Assembly: GCA_965153455.1 (NCBI GenBank)
Contig: OZ234493.1
Span: forward strand, 22,248,213 to 22,312,212
Direction of reading: 5' to 3'
Length of the DNA: 64,000 bases
Source: Sphagnum compactum
Taxonomy: Eukaryota
Shown: positions 39,501 to 51,800 of the stretch, in pieces
Position numbering within the stretch: the stretch's first letter is position 1
Layout: each line of letters begins with the position of its first letter
The notes under the pieces: generated by a model
What the model was told of the DNA's origin: nothing
The model's database searches: none
What the model saw: only the letters and a program-made list of their open reading frames with translations
Program-made: the position numbers and the translations under genes

Positions 39501-40736
39501 ATTATATTTAAGTCTTAACCTTTGTTTTAAGGTCACTTGGCATTCTATATTAAATGCACATCCTACGTAGTCTACAATAATGTTTAACTACCTTGAAATA
39601 AGCATGGGGTTAAATAAGGAGGATAACCAATGAGATCTAGGAGTCAAGGCCCATATGCAACCCAAAATCAAGCATTCCTATTGGTGCAAAAGTTGAAAAT
39701 CAGCCCCAAGGGGCTTTAACATTAGGAGTCAAGGCTGAAATAGAATTTTTTTTTTGTTCAATCTACCCCAAGATACTAAATAAATGCTGAACTTTATGGC
39801 CTTGTATTGGCCCCAAGGCTGAAAAAAGGATACCATCCAATTTGGGAAGAGCCCTGGAGGCCAATGTTTCCAACATTCATTAATATCCGGACGTCAAAGT
39901 TCGAGCATTTATTTAATAAGTTGGGGGCCAAACAACAAGCCAAAAATGCTCAAAATTGGCCCCAAGTTTTTCCGGCCCTGACTCTTAGTGTAAAAAGCGG
40001 GGCCTTAGTGTATACTACTAAGTGTGTGACCTAGAAATTCTTGGAGGTAAAGTACTCACTCACTTAGGTGCAACCGTTTTCAAGTTTAGCCTTTCTCAAA
40101 GATGAGCGGTATGGATCTTTGGAAACAAGGTATTTGGGGGGAGTGACTTGCTTGCTCATAAGTGAGTTGCTAGTGAAGTGCTTTAGGGTTTTGTTTCCAT
40201 GAAAGCCAAACTTAAATAGAATAGCACTCATTAGAACATAGTGAGCATCTTACACTAGAAATAGCTCGGTAGTGGTGACCACCATGGAGATGAGAACCCT
40301 TCACCCTTTGGGTAGCCCACCAAAGTTGTGCTATAATATTTTTTTACCCGGATATACTTGTCAAACATGCATAGGACACATCAAATAGCTTAACCTATTT
40401 TTTCTCATTTGATATATACCCCCAAAAGAAGAGCACACCCTTTTTTTTCTTTTCCCACATGCATGACATTTTCATAACCTATGATGCATAATCCTTTTTC
40501 ACATATGCAAAGGACGTATGCATAGTGGGAGAAGGACATATTTTAGGGTTTAAGATAAGTAGGACCTATATTACCTTTAACCTTAACACAACATTATATA
40601 GTTTTTAGTGATTCTTTTCAAGGCATCGTGCCTTGGAGGGGGGGGGCTTATTCTTGGCCATTCTTGATTATTGGACTATAAAATATATACCCCATTTTTT
40701 ACCTCAATTTGTTGTTCTTGTTGCTTCTCAATTGAC

Positions 40737-40772
<36 letters not shown>

Positions 40773-40918
40773 TTGTAGAGTTGAGGAGCTCCGTGGTTGT
40801 CATGCAGGGTAATGTCCTGACAGCAGCTGGCACCTCCTTCCCTTAAATGGACCAAGTTAACAATGACTATTTATGTACTACTTGAGAGCATGGGTGTTTC
40901 CTTTGCAGAGGGCTGACA

Positions 40919-41002
40919 TGGTTGAAAGTCGGAACCGATGTTTGTTGGGTGGGTACTACTTGGTTGAAAGTTGGAACCGATGTATGTTGGGTGAATACTA
41001 CT
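40919..41002. repeat. Tandem repeat, 42-bp unit x2
   Basis: tggttgaaagtYggaaccgatgtWtgttgggtgRRtactact at 40919 and 40961. Confidence 0.85.
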
Positions 41003-41433
41003 GGCTTTGGCTGGTCAGAGTAGTCATCAGTTTCTGATTCGGTTAGTGATAAAGAATCGACCCAACCCAATTTTTCCGAATCTTAACCAAAATCAAAACT
41101 GTAACAGTTTCTTTTTTTCCTTCGAGAATCCAGTTCATGCATGTGTCGGAACCAAAACCGAAACCATTTCTAGTTCATTTTTCAAAAGCCGAGGGACCGA
41201 CCCCCGGATGTATGTTTTTCATAAAAAATAAAGAACATCCCCAATACTAAGTTGAAAGTTGACACTCTCAACTCTGAACCCCCGTGCACATGTGTCGATA
41301 GCAGGTGGGTGTTGTTGGGGGGGGGGGGGGGTGGAAGAAGGAGGGGCCCGGGGGGGGGGCTAGCGGCTCACCACGCGTTAAGAAACTCTTGTCTCAGTGA
41401 AGCAGCGAAAGCAAGCACGAAGAAAATTACAAA

Positions 41434-41750
41434 ATGACAAGCCACAGTCCCTACCCTATGGTTACTATACTATGACAACCCACAGTGACTACCCTATGGT
41501 CACTATAACAACCCACGGCGAGTACCCTCTGGTTACTATGACAACCCAAAGTGACTTCCCTATGGTTACTATCCTCTGGTTACTATGACAACCCACAGTG
41601 GCTACCCTACCCTATGGTTACTTTCCTATGGGTTACCATGACAACCCACAGTGACTAGCCTATGGTTAGTATGACAACTCGCAGTAACTACCCCACCGTG
41701 ACTACCCTATGGTTACTCTGACAACCCACAGTGACTACCCTATGGTCATT
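41434..41750. repeat. Minisatellite, 33-bp unit (atgacaacccacagtgactaccctatggttact), ~8 full plus partial copies
   Basis: Head-to-tail copies with substitutions and partial units; no unique spacers. Confidence 0.93.
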
Positions 41751-42164
41751 TATTGAGCGGCCCGCTTTCCAAGGTATCCATGGGAGAGGGTGTTGTTGCC
41801 ATGCGATTCGAGAACACTACAAGATTCCCTCAATGATTTGGGTTTCTTTAACAGCTGTGATTGGATGAGCTACAGAGCGACACGCCCAGTCATCCCCCCA
41901 TTTTTTGCCTTTTCTTTTTTCTTTTGTTTCCTTTCTCTTTCCCTCCCCCCTCTGGTCGGCATATTCCGCGTTGCAACTTGCAAAGATTTTGGTACTTTAT
42001 TTATTTATTTATTAAGGTATTTTACCTATTTCACTGCTCATGCAGCGATTTTTGTTTTAGATTTTTTGCTATTTTTCTAAAAGTTTTTTAAAGAGTAACT
42101 TAGAAAAAGGCCTGTTTCTGATTTTTAAATTTAAGAAAAATAAATTAATCTCACTTTGTAGTGA

Positions 42165-42204
<40 letters not shown>

Positions 42205-44085
42205 TCTTTTTGGAAAATTCTCTATTTTGTGAAATGGTTTTGAGAACAACTTGGGAAAACGTGTATTTCAGTCAATGGTTTAAAAAAATAATTTTGCAGT
42301 GTAATTTGTGTTTTGCAGCAAAAACTTGCCACTTTTGAGAAATGGAAAATTCAAAAAACAGAAAGAAAAAACCACTGCAGCTTGACTTGCGCCCCAAAAT
42401 AAAAGAATTTAAGTTAAATTACGGCTAAAATAGAATTGGTGAACAGTAGTGGAGTAAAGACTAAAGACGTAGTAAAGAGTAAAGACCAAAGTATGGGCAA
42501 TTTAATAATTAATTTATTGTTGATTAATTTTTATTTTTTTTTCCCTCCATTGTTTGATTCTTTGAATTTGTTTGAATTTTTTTTGACCATTGATGGATTG
42601 CAAATAACTGCGATTTTCAGTCAATTTTGTGAAATTTAATTATTTATCGTTTCTTTTTGTGGCTGAAGTGGCCATCATCCTTAACATGATTTTAGCCACA
42701 AAAATATGGCTACGAATATTTCTTAAAACCTTTAACCATCATTCTATATTTTTGGCTACCCGCTGGAACCTGGATAGAACGTTTCATGTATAGTCTGGCA
42801 ATTAAAATACATAAATCGAAATTTAGGGGTTTTTCCTAAAAAGTCAGGGAGTTGTGACGGAATATTCCTATTTATTTTCTGGATTAAATAGCTTTGCAAA
42901 TTTTTGCAGAAAAAAAAGAGAATTCAAAACAATTGTGTTTCTTTAGTGTAAATTCGAGTAATATTGCTGGTTTTCTGGAAAAAACTGCCAAATTTTGGTA
43001 TATTACAAAATTGGGGGGAAAAAAAAAGAAACCCCGGACTGGGAGCCGGCGATTTTGTGGGGGCGAATTTTCGCCATTTTGTGAAGAATATTCTTTCAAA
43101 GGATTATTCTGCTGCAAATTCCCTGCCTTTTCAAATAATGGGCAAGAAAATGATTAAAATATTCGCCAAAATATGGCGCAACTGCCAAGAACATGAAAGG
43201 GCGATTCAGAATTTTCTATTTTCATGTTTTGAATATGGTTGGCCACTTGAGCAAAATCACAAAATTTGGAGGAAAGAAAAAAGAATAAAACCAAAATCCT
43301 TCTATATTCTTGGCTATTCTATTGAACGTTGTAATAAAAATCTGGCGATTAGGAATTTTTTTTCCCCTTTGAAATCTGTCGAATTTGGGCCATTTTGTTT
43401 ATTTTTCAGTTCGAAATTTGCGAGATTTCGCCAAAAATAAAATTAAAAGTTGCACTGCCTGGGGAGTCACTGGGAGTCACGGGGTCACTCAATTAGAATC
43501 GCCGGAAATAGACAATAATCTTTATTTAAAGTTCTTTTTTTTGGGCGGAAAGTTCGGAGTGAGGAGGTGTTGGGGGGAGTTGAGCGTTCATTTGTCTCTT
43601 TCTTTGTTTTGTACGCCGCCGTGTTTTTTGGATCTCGAGTAGCTCGGTGTACACAAGGAGCAAGTGGAGCGAACGAGGAAGAAGACGAGAAGGTGAGACA
43701 GGGAGGAAGGAAGGGAGAGAGAGGAGCAGCAGCTTCTTCCGAGCATCGTTGCGTGCCCACGCGTTTCTTCCTTTCTTATGTACATTTTTTTCTTAAGCCA
43801 TTCTCGTTCTCGCTTTGTTCTCTCTCTCTTTTGATTCTTTGCTAGTGCAATTCTTTTGGGAATATCTTGCTCATTTGCTTTGCTTTTGCTTTTGCTTCCT
43901 CCGCCTCCAAGGATTCTAGTTCTCTTTCGCTTTCCCTTTTGTTGTGTTATGTGACGAGGAATCCGGCGGGTTTTGTTGTGTCTCTCTGTGAAAGAGAATC
44001 TGGTGTTTCTTTTGTCATTTTTTTCGCTCTCGTGTATTTGAGGTTGGAGGATCTTGATTGCCTTGCCGCTGCATTTTCGCCGGAG

Positions 44086-45116
44086 GTAAGCTCCTTGCAT
44101 CGACTTGGAACTAGACTAATGTTCTCTTTGTATCTGGACGTCAAGGACATGCGCTTCTCTCTGGTTAGAGCTTTTTTGTCTTTTGTTTTCTTCTGGAGTG
44201 GAGCTATTCATGCCTAGTGAGCTTCATGTTTGCGACGAGTTAGAAGGTTCCATTATTTTCTGCGTCTGCTGGTTTAGGAGGTACTCAAGAGGTTGCTTAA
44301 CATAAGCAAATAATTTAAGTAGAGAAAGAAATGAGTAAAGAGAAAAGGAATGGAGGCGAGTACAAAGTCAGGAGGATGGGACATTTGTGTGCCGGGTGAG
44401 AGACGATCAAGAAGGAGAAAACTGAACCGAGTTCTTGAGAGGAAGCACTGAACGTCTGTCTAGAACAACAGAGAAATTATAGACTTATTAGAGGAAGAAA
44501 AACAAGGGAACCGGTTGTGGTAAGGCCAATAGAAAGAACGGAATGTAGATTGTGCTGGAGGAAGACTACATGTTAGAGAGCCCCAGCAGCAGCAAAATCC
44601 TTGAAGATCTCCATGGGTTTCTCTAAACATAGAGCTGCCAACCCCTGAAGGTTAAAGCTGGGAGTCATGTATGGTAGGTTATGGTTTACACTAAAGCCAT
44701 GTGAACAGACTTTGTAGAAAGTCTATGATGTGATTATGACCGCTTCACTTTTATTACTCGATTTACATAGCTAGCAGCATGGCTGACATGTACATCTTCA
44801 TTGTAGCCATTTCACAAGTTGTAAGCTTATGTGTAGGACAGAATGCCACATTCTGATTTGTACAGTATGTCCTGGCCTTAGCCCTCCCTTTGTCTTTGAA
44901 CAAACTAATTCTGCTGAAACTACTGAACTTCAAGCTAGGTGTCATTTCTTCCTCTTGAATCCTGTATTTCAAGAGCTAAGAGAGTGGCGCAGCTATGACT
45001 TTGACGGCTGTCTCTGTATCATTCAGTACCATGGAAGATGCCTACTTTCATTGTTCATTCCAAGAGAGAGATTTCTTGCAGGGATCTCATATATGTGTAC
45101 TGCTGCCTCTTTGCAG
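44086..45116 (+). other. Probable 5'-UTR intron of the membrane-protein gene
   Basis: GAG|GTAAGC donor after a pyrimidine-rich leader, and a ctctttgcag acceptor 27 nt before the ATG at 45144. Confidence 0.6.
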
Positions 45117-45143
45117 GTTTAAGCAATTGAAAGGCAACCAATC

Positions 45144-45969
45144 ATGGCAGGACGAACATTCACGGGACATATAGCTGTGTTTTCAACCAGCTTACTGTTG
45201 ATACTGAACCTCATTGTGACTCTGGGGGGTGTTGCCTCCCTTGTCATAGAGTTTGTAATTGAGCATAAGCCCAGTCGGACAGGATGGCTCTTGATCATTG
45301 TGGCAATCTTTACAATTGCTTCAGGCTTGGTTGGACTCTGCTCGAGTACCCGGCGAGGCTGTTTCACATTGCAACTTGTTCTTCTTGCCTTTTCGGTTGT
45401 GGGTCTCATTGCCTCAGCTTTGTCAATCTTCTTCAAGGCTCACCAGGTCCTTAGTCACCTGAGTCCCAAGATTGCTCAGAATACCGCCCTCAAGATTCTC
45501 AGGGTTGACGCTGCTATCCTCTTTGTCACATTTTGTGCACAGGTCAGAAATTTTACCGCACATCAACATTGCTGTTGTTATTGTGATGCAGAAGTTTTTT
45601 CAGACCATCATTTCAGAGGCTCAAAAGTCATTTACCTAGGAGATGTGTATGCTGGGAGGTTCAGTCGGGACATTCTGTCTAAATCCAGCTCATCTGTGCC
45701 TTCATCAAAGAGTGATGCGGATGCTTATGCGGATTATTTTGTCTGTGTAGGTGGTGGTACTTGTTCTTGGGATCTGTGTGAACTGCTGTGACCTTAATGA
45801 TCACTATGAAGACATTGAGATGAACAGAGACATGGCACGGACACAAGCTGCAGCTGATAAACGTGCATCCATGAAAGGAGAGTCAAAAGCTGCTCAACTG
45901 GCTGAACAGATGAAGCAGAAATATGGGAAATGGGCTGAGAATGGATCTGACAAGAATACCACAAAGTAA
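45144..45969 (+). CDS. Uncharacterised plant four-transmembrane protein, 205 aa
   Basis: Exons 45144-45542 and 45751-45969 (618 nt, phase 0). Four hydrophobic helices are followed by a charged helical tail (YEDIE..EQMKQKYGKW). Confidence 0.85.
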
Positions 45970-47291
45970 TCATATTGCCCAGTCCATTGGTCAAAAGGAC
46001 ATTATGAGACCGGTATGATGAAATTGGTCAGATGGTCTTTGAATTGTGGTTTCCTTGATCTTACAGAGCCAATGCTGGTCAAGATTTGCAATAAGAATCA
46101 GGGCTGCTGAGTGAGGAAGAAAATCCATTGCTCAGCAATTAGATTGTAACTGCAAGAAGGATTTGCAGTCTATGTTTCATGGAGAAGGGAACTGGTAGGA
46201 ACGCAAGAATAGCAGTGTTTAGAATCCAATAGGGAAGTGATTCTTGGAGAACAAGAATAGCAGTTTTTGGAATTTGATAGGATGTGGTTTTTAGGTGGCT
46301 AGCATAGGAAGGAAATCATCTTGTAAGCAGCTTGCTTAGTATGTGACAGTGGTCTTTGATTCTGAGGGGAACATTTTCCTTCTGGGATGTTCTTTCCATT
46401 TGTATTAGGTCATGACTGGGTTGAAATCCATCCCTGACCAAAAAAATGCTTCTTTGTATATAAGCAGGTAGGTTGTAGGCTTGACACAAATGGTCTTCCT
46501 GCAATGTAACCAGGAAGCCAAGGGGTGGGCTTTTCATGTGCTCTGAGTTTCAGGTCAGGTATTATTTGTCTACATCCAGTGTTTCTTCTTTGATTTGTTT
46601 CAACCTGCTAGCAAACAAGATGCTAGCAGATCTTGTGTTCTTTACAAGCTATGGCTCAAATTAATACAGCAGCATTTTATTTGCTATTGTAATGTCATAC
46701 TTGGCACTGCTTCCATCTATTCTTATCTGTTTGCCCCAAAATGAGATTGCAACTATTGCCCCATTGCCACCATATAGAATAGAAGTCTGGGTGGAGCATG
46801 GTGGACAACCATAACACTTGTGCTGCTTCCACACCTCATGTTGCACTACACTGTTCTTGATATGGGTATTACACATTCCACTGCTGAAATCAGCTCCATT
46901 ATCCAAAAGGGACAATCACCAAAGGATACGAGTATTACAATTTGACTGCCAAAATTGGCTCCATTGGACAATCAACCAAGCACAGTGAGCGATTTTCTTG
47001 CAGAAAAGGGCAAGAATTGTGGTCTCAACTGGATATAGAATTGACTGTCTCTACTGACTTATTGCAAAGAAAGAGCTCCCCTGACCAATTAAACAGCCTT
47101 CATTTGATTTCTTGAGATGCAACTGAAGCAATCACCAAGCTATATTTGCCATAGAAGAATAATGCCGCATATGAACAATTATGTGCATCATGCAGAGGGA
47201 CTACTCAGTTATTTAATCTACCAGTCCTAGCATCCAGCAAGCAGAAAACTGGTGGCCCCTTTGAGATACAAGTTGCTCTAAAGGTTTTTTT

Positions 47292-48843
47292 TTACCCTTT
47301 AGTAGATTGTAGGCTGAACAGTCGGTGTGCAGACATCAAGGTCAAGATTGCAAACATGAGTGTTGCCATGTATGTGAGTACGAGTGAGATTCCCACTCGC
47401 ATGCAAAACCTATGATAGTTGCTGCATTGCTCATTCCATCCGATGTAGGTGATGCCGTGTTTAGCCACATATGCAACCTCTGTACTTGCAGCTGCTGCTG
47501 CCAAGAGGACATAAGCTACAGCCTGCATTCCACCATGATTGCAGATGTCATGGTCATCTACTAATCAACTTTAAACAGTTGATCTTTGCATGCAAGAATC
47601 CAAACCTGTGCGATTATTGCTGGAAGCACCAGAGAAATAGTTAACAAGCCAGACAGACAACAGGCATCAAGAGCATGAAATTAGAGACCTGGTCAACCAA
47701 CAAGGTGATCCACCCTCCAGCTTTGGATTGCCTTGAGATCGCTACAACGATGATCAATTGGACCAGTGCCACCACAGCTGCAACTGCATTCGCCCACACC
47801 AGGTACCTAGCTTCCCCACCAATTTTGCCAATCAAACACTAGCACCACTGTGTTATTGCAACAAAAGAATTGTGGGTCTTGACATTACCCATCTATCTAT
47901 GGTTCCTCTTGAAGCCTCAAAGCTTCACAGAGCTGCATCACAACATGCCCCAGGTGAGAAGTATTGAGCAGATGCCTGCATGAGACAGGATATGCAGTGC
48001 CTCGTGCTATGCCATCTCCATACCCAACTAAATGTCTATGTACTTGGATCACAACATCCATGAGATCGTAGAGAAAAACTTCATAAAAGCAGTACTTTGA
48101 AGGGTACTAGCTGCCAAACCAAGAGAAACAGGACAAGAATGCATGAGCTGTGTGTTCATGAACTTGCGAGTGTTAAACACTCCCAAGTGGCAGATTGTGG
48201 AAGCTGAACAGTAGTGACTAGCTGCTGTGCCATACTTCTTCCCTGAATATCTCTGACATTTACCATGTGGGTGGTCCTGCAGGGGTTTACTGTAGGGGTG
48301 ATCATGACATTGGGAAGCTGCGGCCTGTACTCAAGAGGCATAATCATAGATAGCTACTGGGAAAAAAACAAGACTGCGTACTTTGTTTGGCATTCAAGCT
48401 GTGCAACAAGCTACTTGTGGAACTGTTTACTTGAATGAGAATGTAGGAGACTTTCCTCATGGAAATTAAATTAGTAGAAAGAGTGTTTGTGACTGGTGCA
48501 TCTGACTCATGCGGCGTGAGGATGGATGGGTGAGAAAAAGGGCTCACTTGAAAGACGTGAAAAGGCTGTAATAAGCCTTCTTAGGAATGTTCACGTCCGA
48601 GCTCAAATAAGGGATGTAAAGGGGAGTTCGGCCTAGCTGCTCATCGGTATCCATGACTACCAATCCAGCTATGGACAACACAATGGCAACCACGCGCAAT
48701 GCAATAATGTTCCAAGCTTTTGTACTTGCAGCAGCAACTGCTGGTTTCTGCTTCGACCCATCATCCAATCTCTTCAACTGCAACCCCTGCACATGACCCT
48801 CCACTTGCAGCTCCGTGTCTTCATATCCATTGACCTTCATCAT
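47292..48843 (-). CDS. CASPL: CASP-like (DUF588/MARVEL-type) membrane protein, 214 aa, probably CASPL2 group
   Basis: Exons on the minus strand: 48843-48548, 47806-47689, 47522-47292 (645 nt). Motifs: LRVVAIVLSIAGLVVM, FK-YLVWAN, DQAVAYVLLAAAAASTEV, GWNEQCSNYHRFC. The 3-exon layout is typical of the family. Confidence 0.92.
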
Positions 48844-51800
48844 TCTCACCCAACCGTGTCTAGGCTCCTCCTCCTCCCTCGCAGTTCTGTAGGTATGTCC
48901 CGTTGGAGGAGAACGCTGGTCGATACTCTTTAGGAAAGAAGCAAGCTCCTGGAGAAGGAGAGAGTCGAGGAGACAAGAGTTAAAGAGAACAAGGAAGAAA
49001 AACGCGCCAGAAATATAAAGGAAAAACTAGGAAGCTCTCATTCAAGAAGAAGAGGGGACCTGCGGCTGCTGCACGGCAACACGTACGAGTTTGATCTCTC
49101 AACGCAACAACGCGAAGCTACAAGTATGTTGTTATTAGGGTCTCTTTCCATTAGGCTGCTATGATCACAGTTACACACAGTTGTTATTTGGAAGCTTTTT
49201 CGCACATCCATCCAAATCCACATACCAGCTGCAATCAAAGTACCTTGACCCATTCATGTACTGAATTACTACTCCCTTGCTTTCTGCCATGATCCAGTCT
49301 CATTTGTGAGATTTACTTATTCATTGCACCTAAGATCAAGCCTATGATGTTAGTATAACATTTGAGTGCCAATTTGTTGAAGTTAACTCCTCAAAAAAAT
49401 TCAAGGCTCTCATTCTAACAAATTGATTTGCCGCATATAGGATGTTTTCATCCGTGGGCACAAGCCTCAAATACTTGGATTGATAGGATACGGTGGTGAG
49501 GGAGGTGATGAGAGAGAGAGAGATTCACGGCTTCAACATTATCATCATGACAAAAGAGAGTCATGAGTTTTGTGCATACCCATCAGTGTTCTTTTTAGGA
49601 ATTCTGTGATGGAGCCAAAGTTTGGTGACCATCATGATACAAAGATGTAGAAAAGGAGACATTAAAGCACCTCCACCCATGCCCTCTATTGGGTCCATGT
49701 TATTCACATTTTGGGCTTATAAGGGACAGGCTCACATTGAGTTTCACACTATTTGATTGTTTACTTCATCCCAAATTTAGTGTACAATAGGAAGATGGTA
49801 AATAAGTTATGGATCCTTATTGGACTTTTTTTTTCCCTTGTCTGCCTTTGGCTTGATTCATTTTTTCTCAGAAAAGATGGATAATAGAGTTATTGATGAA
49901 CTCACAATTTTTATATTTTTTAATACTTACATTGTTTTACATAGCAATGTAAAATCATATAAATAAATTTATTTATACATGTATATTTACACTCTTTTAC
50001 ACAGTATAAAATAAATTTAAACACTTTTACACTTACATGGGGTGTAAGTCCCAAACCATTTACAAGCACAACACTAGTCTTCACCCTCACTTTGGGCTCA
50101 CTTTCAACCCTTGTCCTCTCTTTCAGTGGTATCTATAAAGTAATGAAATTTTATTAAATCTCAGTACGAAATGCTGAAACTCAGCACTTAATGCATAAGG
50201 TTGGAGTGTAGTTATAGTAGTTGTACAGGTAGGAGCAGTGAAAATATACGTAGCAGCAGTGGAGGCGCTCAGGGAAAAGGAAAGACAGGATGAAAGTCAG
50301 TGTACCACCAAAATTGGTGGAAACACTAGTTTGGGTCCCAGTTATTTCGTGTTGTAAAATTTTCATTTCCAGTTACGCGTTTGATGCCCTGTTATGCCAA
50401 AACTGGCGGTTCTCGCCCCCTAATTGCCTGACTTTAAGGATAACTCTAATGCCCCAGAGATACTTTGGACCCATCTTATGTATGTTTTGGGCTTGTAATG
50501 GCTAGTGTCTATTACGAGCTCAGAATGTGCATAACATGGACCGAAAGTGTCTCGGGGCACCACCAGACATAACTTGAACATGCAAATGGGCAGTTTAGGA
50601 AAAAGAAGAAGCTGGCAAAACTTTTGTAGTACCTGCAACAACAAGGACCCATAGCCTACTATTTCATGCCTTTCCTGTACAATGTACAAGCCATTTTTAC
50701 TCCTGTAGGTGGAGAGTGCAATGCTCTAAAGAGCAAATTCATCCATGTTTTTACACATAAATGTTTGCCATAAATATGTGTGAAAAGCATCAAATTCAAA
50801 ATTGATGGTGGATGAGGGTGACTAGGAAGGGGGGCCACAGTGAACCACCAGTGCACCATGAAGGATGAATGATAAATGGTCAGGAAACAGTTTTCTGTTG
50901 AGTTCCAGTTCCCTTGCTAACCATGGTGGTTAGCTCAGTTGCCTTTTATAAAAAAAAACCTACCTACTAAAACAACCCACAGTCAGGTAGTTAATAAGTA
51001 GGTAGGTAGTAAAAGCAGCCCTTACCTTTGTATAAACCATCTACTTACCTACTAATAACCTATTTTCTTACCTATCTAACCTTTGTGAAAATCAGATCTG
51101 ATGATTCCCTAAAATTTAAATTTCAAGAAAAAAAAAAGAAAAAAAAAAGGTGAGAAGTCAGAACCACCCAAAACTGGTACCTAATTAATTAGATGCATTT
51201 GAATGGTTATTTAAGAGTTAATCACTTAAGAGTTGAAATGGTTAGCTATGGTAAAGCAATGTAATACAAATGGCAAAGTGTTCCTTGACCATAGTGCAAA
51301 GTGAATGCATGCACCATTATGTCTTGCATGGTGTGTTTTGCAGCACTGACTGCTTCACTCTCTGGCTGAGCTCTTGTTGTTCTTGAACCATTATGAGAAA
51401 CTCTTTGCTGTTGAGTATTATTATTACTTGGTTACAATTGTACAAGTGTGTGGTACCTACCTACAAGTTAGTTAGTTTTGGGTATTCAGGAACTATTATG
51501 ACAAACATTTTCAAAACACTTCTTTTTTTTTTCAAAGATTTATTTATTTATTTATTTATTTATTTAGGTGAAGGAAAATAGAGAACCTTTTGAATATTGT
51601 GAAATATTTTAGTTTTTGACATGGAATGTTCAAAATAATATAATTATCGGACACCCAAATGTTGAACTTGCCATGATACTATATATATTGGTATATCCTA
51701 GTATTCATTTAGGCCCAATTTACACTAGTGTCCAAGAACTTAGAAAAGGGTCGTATTAAACAAATGAAACATTGTTATTGGAAAGGTTGTGCGGATCATG

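Noticed and set aside
41434..41750. CRISPR array (33-bp palindromic repeats)
   Set aside because: The repeats are head-to-tail with no unique spacers, there are no cas genes, and the context is eukaryotic.
43485..44217. Overlapping ORFs of 67-170 aa on both strands
   Set aside because: Purine/pyrimidine-skewed promoter and 5'-UTR sequence of the downstream gene; no domain signal.
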